Positions 8,685 to 18,391 of a stretch of DNA of 64,000 nt are shown here, one piece after another. How positions within the stretch are numbered: position 1 is the first letter of the stretch; each line of letters starts with the position of its first letter. The position numbers and the translations under genes are program-made. Under the pieces are notes generated by a model. That model saw only the letters and a program-made list of their open reading frames with translations, was not told the origin of the DNA and made no database searches. The stretch is from Candidatus Tectimicrobiota bacterium (GTDB taxonomy: Bacteria; JACPUC01): contig JACPUC010000008.1 in assembly GCA_016192455.1 (NCBI GenBank), positions 248,001-312,000 on the forward strand, written 5' to 3'.

Positions 8685-10604
8685 TTGAACCCCACACCCT
8701 CCTCATTCGACCCCAACTCTTCTCCTCCCGCAGCCGGGGGATGGCGTCTTTTTCTGGCGCTCTCCCTCCTCGTGCTCCTTGCCTACGGCCTGGCGCTGCG
8801 CAACGGCTTCGTCTTCGACGATGTCGCGACGATCGTCGCCAACAGCCTTATCACGGACTGGCGCACCTGGCCCGATCTTTTCAGCCGGCGCTACTTCCTC
8901 CTGGCCCAGGAGGCCAGCTACCGGCCGGTCGTGACGCTCACCTACTACCTCGACTACGCCCTCTGGGGACGCAATCCCGCCGGCTTCCACCTCACCAACC
9001 TGCTCCTCCACCTTGCCGCCGTGCTCCTCCTGTATCGTTTCGCGGCGGGCGTGCTGCGCGCTCCGCGGGTCGCCGCCTGGGCAGCGGCGCTCTTCGCGGC
9101 GCACCCGATGCTCAGCGAGGCGGTGAACGCCATCAGCTTCCGCGAGGACCTCCTGGCGCTCGACTTCATGCTGCTGGCGCTCCTCTGCCTGCCGCCGGCG
9201 CAGCGCGGTGGGAGAGGCCAGGCGTGGGGGCTCGCCGCCGCGCTCGTCGCTACCGCCCTGGCCCTGCTGAGCAAGGAGATGGCCGTCACCCTGCCGCTCC
9301 TCGCCATCCTCGCGCACCGTGCGGCCGCGCGTGCGGCCCCTCCGGCGGGGTCCGCGGCAGCCCGGCGCGCGAGCGCCCGGCGGCGGAGCTGGCCCGCCTT
9401 CAGCGCCCTCAGCCTGCTGACGCTGCTCTACCTCGGGCTGCGCTTCACCCTGCTGCAATCGCAGACCGAGCGCCGGCTGCACCTGCCGCACGTCGGGGCG
9501 CTCGCCAGGCTCCTCACGGCGGCGCAGGTCGTCCTCTCCGATATGCTGCAGATGCTCTGGCCCGCCGCGGCCCAGGTTGAGTACCCGGCCCGCTACGCCA
9601 CGCCGGACCGCATGATCGCCTGGGCGGCCCTCGTCCTCGTCGGCGCCGCGCTGCTGGGGACGGCGCGGCTGTGGCGGCGCTCGCCAGGCCTGGCCTTCGG
9701 CCCGGCATGGTTCTTCGTGACCCTGGCGCCGGTCAGCAACCTCGTGGCGATCAGCCACCTGAAGGCCGACCGCTACCTCTACGTGCCGGCGCTCGGCTAC
9801 GCGCTCTTCGCCGCCTCGCTGGCGGAGAAGCTTGGAGCGCGAGGCTGGCCGCGGCGGGGCCGTTCAGGCAAACCTTCCCGCTTGGCCGCCGCGGTCCTGA
9901 CGCTGACCCTCATGTGCTACGTCCCCCTGAGCATGGCGCGCGCGGGCCGCTGGCGCAGCGACGCACACCTCTGGCGCGGCGCCCTTCAGGAGCGGGCCCC
10001 GGGGGCGCGGTCCCTGAACAACCTCGGTCTCACCTATGCCGAGCGGCTCGCCCACGACAAAGCGTTCTACCTCTACGCGCGGGCGCTGCGGGTCGATCCC
10101 CGCTACCAGGTGGCCTGGAACAACCTCGGCAACGCGCTGCTCTCCCGGGGGCGGAAGGATCGCGCCGCTTTGGCGAGCCAGCGGGCGCTGCTGCTTGACC
10201 CGGCCTATGCCCACGCCCATACTACCCTCGGCGTGCTCCTGGAGGAGCGCGGCAGGCTGGAGCAGGCGCTGCGTCACTATGCGCAGGCCGCCGCCCTCAA
10301 CCCCGGCCTGAGCAGCCCGCTCAACAACATCGGGGTCATCTTCTTCAAGACGCAGCGCTGGCGGAAAGCCCTCGCCGCCTTTCGCCAGGCGCAGCACCTG
10401 GAGCCGGGCAACCTCCAGGCCGCCGAGAACGCCGCCGGAACCCTCTACCGCCTGGGTCTCCCCGAACGCGCCCTGGCGGCGTACCGCTTCGTCCTCAGCC
10501 GACAATCGGGAAACGCCGCGGTGCGCGCGAACGTGCGGGCCCTTGAACGGCTGCTGCGGACGCGCCGCCGCGGCACGGTTCCCCCAGACCCCCACGGCCC
10601 ATAG
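8685..10604 (+). CDS. TMTC-like GT-C glycosyltransferase with C-terminal TPRs, copy 1
   Basis: GFVFDD, YRP, HPMLSEAV..I.FREDL, SKE and ADRYLYVP motifs, then NNLG-type TPR repeats; start uncertain (ORF open from 8589). Confidence 0.8.
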   Translation: MNPTPSSFDPNSSPPAAGGWRLFLALSLLVLLAYGLALRNGFVFDDVATIVANSLITDWRTWPDLFSRRYFLLAQEASYRPVVTLTYYLDYALWGRNPAGFHLTNLLLHLAAVLLLYRFAAGVLRAPRVAAWAAALFAAHPMLSEAVNAISFREDLLALDFMLLALLCLPPAQRGGRGQAWGLAAALVATALALLSKEMAVTLPLLAILAHRAAARAAPPAGSAAARRASARRRSWPAFSALSLLTLLYLGLRFTLLQSQTERRLHLPHVGALARLLTAAQVVLSDMLQMLWPAAAQVEYPARYATPDRMIAWAALVLVGAALLGTARLWRRSPGLAFGPAWFFVTLAPVSNLVAISHLKADRYLYVPALGYALFAASLAEKLGARGWPRRGRSGKPSRLAAAVLTLTLMCYVPLSMARAGRWRSDAHLWRGALQERAPGARSLNNLGLTYAERLAHDKAFYLYARALRVDPRYQVAWNNLGNALLSRGRKDRAALASQRALLLDPAYAHAHTTLGVLLEERGRLEQALRHYAQAAALNPGLSSPLNNIGVIFFKTQRWRKALAAFRQAQHLEPGNLQAAENAAGTLYRLGLPERALAAYRFVLSRQSGNAAVRANVRALERLLRTRRRGTVPPDPHGP

Positions 10605-11197
10605 CTCACCCCCGTGTCCTGGCCCATGCGTCATGCACGCCGCTTCGTCATCCCGGCAGCGCTGGCGCTGCTGGTGCTTGCCGCCTACGGTCTGTCGCTG
10701 CGCAACGGCTTCGTCTACGACGACAACCTCACCGTCGTGGACAACGCGCTGATCAAGGACTGGCGCACCTGGCCCGATCTCTTCAGCCGGCGCTACTTCC
10801 TCCTGGCCCAGGAGGCCAGCTACCGGCCCGTCGTGACGCTCACTTACTACCTCGACTACGCTGTTTGGGGACGCAATCCCGCCGGCTTCCACCTCACCAA
10901 CCTGCTCCTCCACCTCGCCGCCGTGCTGCTCCTCTATTATTTCGCGGCGGGCGTGCTGCGCGCCCCGCGGGTCGCCGCCTGGGCGGCGGCGCTCTTCGCC
11001 ACGCACCCGATGCTCAGCGAGGCGGTGAACGCCATCAGCTTCCGCGAGGACCTCCTGGCGCTCGTCTTCATGCTGGCGGCGCTCCTCTGCCTGCCGATGG
11101 CGCAGCGCGGTGGGAGAGGCCGGACCTGGGGCGTCGCCGCCGCGCTCCTCGCTACCGCCCTGGCGCTGCTGAGCAAGGAGATGGCCGTCACCCTGCC
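8855..11197 (+). repeat. Near-identical 441-bp direct repeat (8855-9295 and 10757-11197) in TMTC-like copies 1 and 2; shorter shared block in copy 3 (about 12900-13170)
   Basis: Direct nucleotide comparison, e.g. shared GCACCCGATGCTCAGCGAGGCGGTGAACGCCATCAGCTTCCGCGAGGACCTCCTGGCGCTCG. Confidence 0.9.
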
Positions 11198-12542
11198 CAT
11201 CTTAGCGATGCTGGTCGACGCGGCGCGTGGCGCGCCGCAGTGGGCACCGGCGGTCGCAGGCGCGCGGCCCGTGGCAAGTGGGGGACAACGCCCGCGACGC
11301 GGCGGCGAAACAGAGAAAAGGAGCCTCTCCCTCTATGTCGGTCTCTTCGCCCTGTCGGTCGCCTACCTGATCCTCCGCTTTGGTCTCTTGCGCGCTTCCA
11401 TCGAGCCGCAACCTTTGCCGGCGGTCGGCTGGCCGGCACGCCTCCTCACCTCGGCAAAGATCACCCTGGCGAACATGCTGCAGATGCTCTGGCCCGCCGA
11501 CATGAGCCCGGATTACCGGCTGACCTACGCCACCGCCGGCGACCTGCTCGGCTGGGCGGCTCTCGGCATGGTGCTCCTCACACTCCTTGGCGTCCTCCGG
11601 CTTTGGCGGCGGCAGCCGTTGCTGGCACTCGGGCCGGCGTGGTTCTTCGTCGCCCTGGCTCCGGTCAGCAACCTCGCAGCACTCGCGCAGCCCAAGGCTG
11701 ACCGCTACCTCTACGTCCCGGCGGTTGGATTCTGCCTCTTTGCGCCGTCACTCCTGCACCACCTGCTCGGCCGCCGACCCGCCGCCTCGCCGCCGGGAGA
11801 TTCCAGCGCGCCGCGCGGCGCGGTGCCACTGCCGCCGGCGTGGCTCTCCAGGCGTCTCATGCCCCTCCTCCTGCTTGCCACCCTGGCCTGCTACCTGCCG
11901 CTCAGCGCGGCGCGCAGCGCCATGTGGCGGGATTCCGTCTCCCTCTGGCGCCGCGCCGCGTCGTCATCCCGGCCGACGGCCCGCGCGCTCATCAACTTCG
12001 CCTATGGCTCCCACGAGCGCCGCTCCCGTGACCGCGCCCACCACCTCTTCCTGCGCGCCGCGCTGCTCGAGCCCCGCAGCGCCGCGGCGTGGAGCAACCT
12101 CGCGTACCTCATGATGGAGCGCGGCCGCAACGACCGCGCCGTCATCCTGGCGGCGCGGGCCCTTCGGAGCGATCCAACCTATGCCCTCGGGCACCTGAAC
12201 TTCGGAGTGCTCCTGGAGCGCCGCGGGCGTCTCCGCGGGGCCATCCGCCGCTACCTGCTCAGCACCGCTCTTCATCCCGGCTATCAGGGGGCTTACCACA
12301 ACCTCGGCGTCGTCTTCGGCGCCATCGGCCAGCAGACGAAAGCGCTCGCCGCCCTGCGCCACGCTCAGTACCTGCGGCGCGACCATCCCGCGACGGCGAA
12401 CCTGATCGCCGACACGCTCTACCGGCTTGGACTCCACGAGCGTGCCCTGACCGCGTATCGTTACGTCCTGGCGCTGCAGCCGCAGGATGCCAGGGTTCGG
12501 CAAAACGTCCTTTTCCTCGAACGCCAGTTTGGCCGGAAGTAG
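10626..12542 (+). CDS. TMTC-like GT-C glycosyltransferase with C-terminal TPRs, copy 2
   Basis: Same motif set (GFVYDD, YRP, SKE, ADRYLY) plus TPRs. Confidence 0.8.
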   Translation: MRHARRFVIPAALALLVLAAYGLSLRNGFVYDDNLTVVDNALIKDWRTWPDLFSRRYFLLAQEASYRPVVTLTYYLDYAVWGRNPAGFHLTNLLLHLAAVLLLYYFAAGVLRAPRVAAWAAALFATHPMLSEAVNAISFREDLLALVFMLAALLCLPMAQRGGRGRTWGVAAALLATALALLSKEMAVTLPILAMLVDAARGAPQWAPAVAGARPVASGGQRPRRGGETEKRSLSLYVGLFALSVAYLILRFGLLRASIEPQPLPAVGWPARLLTSAKITLANMLQMLWPADMSPDYRLTYATAGDLLGWAALGMVLLTLLGVLRLWRRQPLLALGPAWFFVALAPVSNLAALAQPKADRYLYVPAVGFCLFAPSLLHHLLGRRPAASPPGDSSAPRGAVPLPPAWLSRRLMPLLLLATLACYLPLSAARSAMWRDSVSLWRRAASSSRPTARALINFAYGSHERRSRDRAHHLFLRAALLEPRSAAAWSNLAYLMMERGRNDRAVILAARALRSDPTYALGHLNFGVLLERRGRLRGAIRRYLLSTALHPGYQGAYHNLGVVFGAIGQQTKALAALRHAQYLRRDHPATANLIADTLYRLGLHERALTAYRYVLALQPQDARVRQNVLFLERQFGRK

Positions 12543-12698
12543 TCCCGCAGGGCGCGTCCGCCGCGGCAGCCGGCGCTTCGAGATGCTCAGCAGGATGCGG
12601 CGGGGAAGCTCTGGCGCAGGCGTGAAACGACCGCAGCGACCAGGGCGGCGCTGACGGCGCAGCGGCTAGGGTTCCGAGGAAACGGAGAGAGGACGCCT

Positions 12699-14564
12699 GT
12701 GCTCGGCTCGACATTCCGTTTCGCAGCGCTCAAGAGCCCCGCGGTGCTGCTCGGGCTGGTGGCGGCGGCGTACGGCGTGTCGCTCCGCAACGGCTTCGTT
12801 TTCGACGACGCCACGACCATCGTCGAGAACGCCTTGCTGCGGGACTGGCGGTCGTGGCCGGCCCTCTTCTCGCCGGAGTATTTTCGCGCCGCCGGCGAAG
12901 CGAGCTACCGGCCCATCGTGACGCTCACCTACTACCTCGACTCCGTCCTCTGGGGGCTGAATCCCACCGGCTTTCACCTCACCAACCTGCTCCTCCACCT
13001 CGCCGCCGTGCTGCTCCTCTATTATTTCGCGGCGACCGTCTTGCGTGCTGCGCAGGCGGCCACCTGGGGGGCGGCGCTCTTCGCCGCGCACCCGATGCTC
13101 AGCGAGGCGGTGAACGCCATCAGCTTCCGCGAGGACCTCCTGGCGCTCGTCTTCATGCTGGCGGCGCTCTGTTGCTTGCCTGCCGCCTCGAGGGGCGAGC
13201 TGCGCGGCGTGCTGGGTCTCCTGGGAGCCTGGCTGGCGACGATCCTGGGCCTGCTCAGCAAGGAGATGGCCGCGACGCTGCCGCTGCTGGGCCTCCTCGC
13301 CATCCTCCTCGCCGGCAGGAAGACCGCTGGGAACGCCGCGACCCAGGCGCCTTCTCGCCGCCGTTGGCAGACGGCCTTCGTCGGCGGGGCGCTGCTGCTG
13401 ACGGCGGGGTACCTCGTGCTGCGCCTTGGACCCCTGCGCTCGGACATCGAGCTGCGCCAGGAGCTGCCGGCGGTGGGGCCCGTGGCGCGGCTGCTCACGG
13501 CGGCCACGATGGGGCTCGCCGCGCTGCTCCAGATGCTCTGGCCCGCCGGCATGAGCCCGGACTACCACGCCGCCTTTGCTACCCCCGCTCGCCTCCTCCC
13601 CTGGGTGGCGCTGATGGTTGTCCTGGCGCTGATCGCGGCAATCTTCCTCCTGTGGCCGCGGCAGCCTCACCTCGCTTTTGGGCTGAGCTGGTTTGTCGTC
13701 AGCTTCGCTCCGGTGAGCAACCTCGTGCCGCTCAATCACCTCAAGGCCGATCGCTACCTCTACGTGCCGGCGGCCGGTTTCTGCCTGGCGGCGGCGCTCC
13801 TGGCGAAGAAGGCGCCGCGCGCGCTCCATCCCCCGGCCTGGCGTTGGCCGCGGCTGGCGCCAGAAACCCTCCTCCTCGTCTTCGTGCTCGCCTGCTTCAT
13901 CGCGGGAAGCGTTGGGCGCAGCCTGGTCTGGCGGACCGATGAGAGCCTCTGGCGACAGGCCGCCGGGGCCGCCAGGCCGTCGGCGCGAACGCTCGCCAAC
14001 CTTGGCCTCAGCCTCTATGAGCGGGGCGCGTACGACCGCGCCCATCTCTTCTTCCTGCGAGCGCTCCATGAGGAGCCGGGGGCGGCGCTGCCCCTCTCGA
14101 ACCTCGGCTTCACCCTTTACCGGCGAGGGGTTCTGGACCGCGCCCAGCTTGCCGCGGCGCGCGCCCTCCGCCTTGACCCGTCGATCGCGCGCGCCCATAC
14201 TATCGCCGGCGTGCTGGCGGAGCGGCGGGGGCGGCAGGGGCGGGCGCTGCGCCACTACCGCAGGGCGGCCGCCCTGCGGCCCGGATACAGCCGCCCGATG
14301 CTGAACGCGGGGATTCTCTACTTCAAGCAGCGGCAGCTCCACAAGGCGCTTGCGAGCTTTCGTGAGGGAGAGTTCCGGGGCGGCGATCTCCTCGTCGCTC
14401 GAGAGAATATCGCCGCGACGTTCTACCACCTCAAGGAGCCGCGGCGGGCCCTCGGGGTCTATCGGGACCTGCGGCGCTTGCACCCTTATCTCGCGCCGGT
14501 GCGGCAACGTATTCAACTCATCGAGCGCGAGCTCGGTGAGGGCGCGGCGCACGACCGGCGCTGA
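12699..14564 (+). CDS. TMTC-like GT-C glycosyltransferase with C-terminal TPRs, copy 3
   Basis: Same motif set plus TPRs; GAGAGGA RBS before GTG. Confidence 0.8.
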   Translation: MLGSTFRFAALKSPAVLLGLVAAAYGVSLRNGFVFDDATTIVENALLRDWRSWPALFSPEYFRAAGEASYRPIVTLTYYLDSVLWGLNPTGFHLTNLLLHLAAVLLLYYFAATVLRAAQAATWGAALFAAHPMLSEAVNAISFREDLLALVFMLAALCCLPAASRGELRGVLGLLGAWLATILGLLSKEMAATLPLLGLLAILLAGRKTAGNAATQAPSRRRWQTAFVGGALLLTAGYLVLRLGPLRSDIELRQELPAVGPVARLLTAATMGLAALLQMLWPAGMSPDYHAAFATPARLLPWVALMVVLALIAAIFLLWPRQPHLAFGLSWFVVSFAPVSNLVPLNHLKADRYLYVPAAGFCLAAALLAKKAPRALHPPAWRWPRLAPETLLLVFVLACFIAGSVGRSLVWRTDESLWRQAAGAARPSARTLANLGLSLYERGAYDRAHLFFLRALHEEPGAALPLSNLGFTLYRRGVLDRAQLAAARALRLDPSIARAHTIAGVLAERRGRQGRALRHYRRAAALRPGYSRPMLNAGILYFKQRQLHKALASFREGEFRGGDLLVARENIAATFYHLKEPRRALGVYRDLRRLHPYLAPVRQRIQLIERELGEGAAHDRR

Positions 14565-14664
14565 CCCCCTCGCCGGGCGCCGGCCGGTCCTTCCCCGCGC
14601 GGCGCCGCCCGGCTGAGCTGATCGCGACACCCTCGGCCGCCTCCCTCCTCAAGGTGGGCACCCC

Positions 14665-15582
14665 ATGTTGGCGCTCTCCACCGCCTGGCTGTCGGCAACC
14701 GTGGACGATGGGCTGGTCCTCCTTGACCGCATTCGCGGCCTGGAACGGCTCGAGGTCATCGAGCTGGACGCGCGCCTGAGCCCGGCGATGCTTGAGGTGA
14801 TGCTCATGGTGGTGCGGGCCAAGGAGCTGCGGGTGGCGTCCCTGCATGCCCCCTGCCCGGTGCCCGTGGAGGTCGATCGGCTGGCGGCCGACCGGGAGCT
14901 GCAGTTGAACCATCCCGATCGCGACGAGCGCGCCCGCGCCCTGGCGGCGGCGGCGGCCAGCATCGATTTGGCGGCGGAGCTCGAGGCGCCGGTGGTGACG
15001 ATCCACCTCGGCCGGGTGGAACTCACGGGGGAGATCGGCAAGTTGCGGGCGCTCTTCGATGACGACCGAATCGACACCGAGGAGGCCGCGGCGGTGCGGG
15101 CGGAGCTGCTCGAACGGCGCGCCGCGGCGGCGGCGCCCTACCTCGACGCAGCCCGCTTCAGCCTCGAGGCGCTGCTCGAAGGCGCGCGTCGGCGTGGCAT
15201 CTGGCTGGCGCTGGAGAATCGTCCGGTCTTCTACGAGATGCCCGACCCGGAGGAGCTGGAGGTGCTCTTCACGGAGTTCGCGGGGTCGCGGCTGCGCTTC
15301 TGCTACGACGCGGGGCATGCCGCCGTTCAGGAGACGCTAGGCTGGACAACTCAGCGCGCGCTCCTGGAGGCGCACCGCGAGGTGCTCTGCTGCGTGAACC
15401 TCCACGATGCCCGGGGCTACCGCAACAAGCTCATCGACGAGCGCCGGCAGACCGACTACGGGCTGCTGCGGCAGTTCGTCACCCCGGCGACGCCCTGCGT
15501 CATCGAAGTGGAGGGGGTGGAGGACGAGCAGCTCCTCGAGTATGTGGACTTCCTCGAGGGGCAGGGCTTCAGCCTGCGTTGA
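14665..15582 (+). CDS. Sugar-phosphate isomerase/epimerase (AP endonuclease 2 TIM-barrel) family protein
   Basis: SLHAP, TIHLG, LALEN, YDAGH and LHD metal-binding motifs. Confidence 0.8.
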   Translation: MLALSTAWLSATVDDGLVLLDRIRGLERLEVIELDARLSPAMLEVMLMVVRAKELRVASLHAPCPVPVEVDRLAADRELQLNHPDRDERARALAAAAASIDLAAELEAPVVTIHLGRVELTGEIGKLRALFDDDRIDTEEAAAVRAELLERRAAAAAPYLDAARFSLEALLEGARRRGIWLALENRPVFYEMPDPEELEVLFTEFAGSRLRFCYDAGHAAVQETLGWTTQRALLEAHREVLCCVNLHDARGYRNKLIDERRQTDYGLLRQFVTPATPCVIEVEGVEDEQLLEYVDFLEGQGFSLR

Positions 15583-15603
15583 GGAGGCGGGGTGCGGCGC
15601 CGC

Positions 15604-16455
15604 TCAGCGGGCGGCAGCATAGCCCGCCCGGCGCAGCGCCTGGAGGAGATTGTGGCGGGCGGCGCCAATCCGCAGCCGCAGCGTCGCCGCATCGCGGCCG
15701 TGGGCGGTGAGGAAGATGCGCAGCCGGCCGCCGGCCTCGAAGCCGGTGGCATCGGTCTTCAGGTGGATGTCCGGGTAACGCCGGCGCAGCGGCTCGATAA
15801 GGCCGCTCAGGACCGTCTCGTCATTGCAGCCGCTGTCGAGCTCCGCTTCGTGGTAGGCGTGCGCGCCGAGCAGCGCCCGCAAGAGGGGCAGCACGGACTC
15901 GGTGAAGATGGCGCGCAGCTCCGCGGGCACCCCGGGGAGACAGAAGAGATGACTGCCCCGCCGCGTCAGGTGCACCCCCGGCGCCGTGCCGACGGGGTTG
16001 GCGAGGATGACGCCGCCGCGCGGCACAATCGCCATCTTCTTGCGGGGCGCGGTCAGCCGACCGCTGCGCAGGAGACCCGTCGCATGCAGATGTCGGTAGC
16101 GGGCGCGGACGTGCTCGAACGCCTCAGGATTGAGCTCGAGCGGGCGCCGCGCCGCGCGGGCGACCGCGATGAGGGTGGCGTCATCGTAGGTGGGGCCAAG
16201 GCCGCCGGTCATGAAGAGGAAGCGCGTGCGGCGACGCCAGGCGGCCTGCAGCTCCGCGATGATCGTCGCTGCCTGGTCATCGATGACGCTGATGCGTTCG
16301 AGCTTCCCCCCAAGCATCGTCAACTGACCGGCCAGCCAGTGGGAGTTGGTATCGAGGGTGCGCCCCAGGAGCAGCTCCCGGCCAATGGCGATGATCGCGC
16401 AGGTGGGGGGGGCGTCGCCGACGGAACTCTCGGTCGTACTTCGAGCTGATGGCAT
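15604..16455 (-). CDS. CinA-like molybdopterin-binding (COG1058) domain protein
   Basis: IIAIGRELLLGRTLDTN, TGGLGPTYDDAT, NPVGTAPG, LPGVPAE; no PncC domain; start uncertain. Confidence 0.85.
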   Translation of the reverse strand: MPSARSTTESSVGDAPPTCAIIAIGRELLLGRTLDTNSHWLAGQLTMLGGKLERISVIDDQAATIIAELQAAWRRRTRFLFMTGGLGPTYDDATLIAVARAARRPLELNPEAFEHVRARYRHLHATGLLRSGRLTAPRKKMAIVPRGGVILANPVGTAPGVHLTRRGSHLFCLPGVPAELRAIFTESVLPLLRALLGAHAYHEAELDSGCNDETVLSGLIEPLRRRYPDIHLKTDATGFEAGGRLRIFLTAHGRDAATLRLRIGAARHNLLQALRRAGYAAAR

Positions 16456-17411
16456 TGCAGTCCTCACATGAACAGCTCGCGCCGCTGCCCGCGGCGTGGC
16501 ATGCCCGGCTGGCGCGCTTCCGCTGCGACAACCGCTCGGGAGCGGCGCACCTCGCCGCCGAAGCTGTCTCCCTCGTGGCGCAGTGGGGCGCCGCCGTTCC
16601 CTCCTCCGCCCCGGCGCCGCAGCGCAGGATGGCGCTCATCGACCTCTGTCGAACCTTGCAGGCGGCGCAGCCGTCCATGGCGCCGGTCCTCACCGCGCTC
16701 AATGAAGCGCTGCAGCGCTGCGAGCTCGCCCCGGACGCCGCCGCCTGGCGGGCCGCCCTGGCGGCGTGGGGCAGGGAGTGGCCCGAGGCGGCGGCCCGCC
16801 GCGCCGCCGCCACCCTCGCCCACGCCCGCCAAGCCCTGATTCGCACCGCGCCCGCCGGCATCCGCGTGCTCACCCACTCCCGCAGCTCGCTGGTGGAGCG
16901 GCTGCTCCGCGAGGCGGGGGCAGGGATGATCCGTGAAGTCCTCTGCTGCGAGTCGCGGCCGCTCTGCGAGGGACGGGACCTCGCGGCGGCCCTTGCCGGC
17001 GCCGGGCTGCGGGCGCGCCTGCTGATCGACGCCGCGGCGGCAACGGTCGTCGCAGGCGTCGAGGTGGTGCTCCTCGGCGCGGACGCGGTGCTGCCGGGCA
17101 GCCTGGTGCACAAGATCGGCAGCCGCGGCCTCGCCCTCGCCGCCCGGCAGGCGGGCGTCCCTGCTTACGCGCTCTGCCCCTCGGACCGCTGGCTGCCGTC
17201 GGAGGCGGTCCCCCTGCTGGCCTTCGTCGAGCATCCTGCGGACGAGGTGTGGGCGGCCGCGCCGGCGGGGGTGGCGGTCGAGAACCGCTACTTCGACCAC
17301 ACCCCGCTCTTCTGGTTGCGCGGGCTGGTCACCGAGCAGGGCGTACTCGAGGCGCGCGGCGCTCCCCCCCTCCACACCATGCGCCTGCACCCCGGCTGGC
17401 GCCTCTCCTGA
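16449..17411 (+). CDS. eIF-2B subunit / ribose-1,5-bisphosphate isomerase-like protein
   Basis: DNRSGA, QPSMAP, LTHSRSSLV, ESRPLCEG, GADAV..GSLVHKIGS, NRYFDHTP. Confidence 0.8.
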   Translation: MALQSSHEQLAPLPAAWHARLARFRCDNRSGAAHLAAEAVSLVAQWGAAVPSSAPAPQRRMALIDLCRTLQAAQPSMAPVLTALNEALQRCELAPDAAAWRAALAAWGREWPEAAARRAAATLAHARQALIRTAPAGIRVLTHSRSSLVERLLREAGAGMIREVLCCESRPLCEGRDLAAALAGAGLRARLLIDAAAATVVAGVEVVLLGADAVLPGSLVHKIGSRGLALAARQAGVPAYALCPSDRWLPSEAVPLLAFVEHPADEVWAAAPAGVAVENRYFDHTPLFWLRGLVTEQGVLEARGAPPLHTMRLHPGWRLS

Positions 17412-17480
17412 GACGATCCCCCGAGCATCCCGCCGCGGCCCACCCCGCGTGCTGCCCGTCCGGCGCCGACCGGGCCGTGC

Positions 17481-17777
17481 CTACGTCCTCAGGACGTAGG
17501 TGGCGCTCTGGGGATTCCTGGCGTAGGTACGGAAGAGGCCGATGATGCGCTGACACTCCGGCTCGGTCTTCGTCAGCCCCAGTGACCGCCGCATGCTGTC
17601 GGCATCCTTGAAGATCATGATCTTCAGGAACTTCGTCGGCTCGGCGTCGTTGGCGAAGATGTCGTAGGCCTCGCAGCCGTGCTCTTCCCAGTAGGGCTTG
17701 ATCTGCTCACGCGTGAGGCGCAGGTACTCGTCAACACTTCCAGCATCCACCTCGAAGGTAAAGACCACGCGGTACAT
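17481..17777 (-). CDS. Small dimeric alpha/beta-barrel protein (ABM/NIPSNAP-like)
   Basis: 98 aa with a ferredoxin-like pattern; AGGAGGAG RBS. Confidence 0.55.
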   Translation of the reverse strand: MYRVVFTFEVDAGSVDEYLRLTREQIKPYWEEHGCEAYDIFANDAEPTKFLKIMIFKDADSMRRSLGLTKTEPECQRIIGLFRTYARNPQSATYVLRT

Positions 17778-17866
17778 CGTCGCTCCTCCTTGACCAGCGG
17801 CGGGGCGCGCCTGTCAGCTCACCACCCGCGGCGCCGACGGAGGCGCCGACGGCCCTCAGCCGCGCC

Positions 17867-18376
17867 TCAGGAAGGGGGCTTGAGGAGCAGCTCTCCCTTG
17901 AAGCCAAACTCGCGCTCGTTGTCGGTGAACCAGAGCTGCTCGCCTTCCATGGTGTAGAACTTGATGTTGCCAAGCTTGTGGGCGAAGCGCTTGAACATCG
18001 AGCCTTCCGGCTTGATAAACTCGCCGACGAAGGGGAATTTGCCGAGGTAGACCCGCAGGGCCCGGGCGTGGTCGCGCAGGCCGGAGACGACGCGCGCCCG
18101 CCCCTCCATCTGGATGCCGCGAATCTTGCGCCAGTCTTTGTAGTCTTCCGTGACGGTGACGGCGAGGCGCGCCTCGCGCTGGAGGTTCTGGGAGTGGCGC
18201 GTCTTCGGATCGGAGAGCCAGAAGAGGGTGAACCCCTCATTGGCGAAGAAGACGGTGGCCGCCATCGGCTGCCCGCCGTCAGCCACTGTGGCGAGGGTCA
18301 TGGTGTTGTGCGTGGCGAGGTAGTCGAGGACGTCCTGCTTGAGCTGCTCGTCCACCGCTGAATCCTCTCTCCGCAC
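17867..18376 (-). CDS. Pyridoxamine 5'-phosphate oxidase-like FMN-binding protein (YhbP-like)
   Basis: MTLATV, WLSDPKTRHSQNL, IRGIQMEG, WFTDNEREFGFK. Confidence 0.85.
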   Translation of the reverse strand: MRREDSAVDEQLKQDVLDYLATHNTMTLATVADGGQPMAATVFFANEGFTLFWLSDPKTRHSQNLQREARLAVTVTEDYKDWRKIRGIQMEGRARVVSGLRDHARALRVYLGKFPFVGEFIKPEGSMFKRFAHKLGNIKFYTMEGEQLWFTDNEREFGFKGELLLKPPS

Positions 18377-18391
18377 CTGCGCGCCGCCGCG

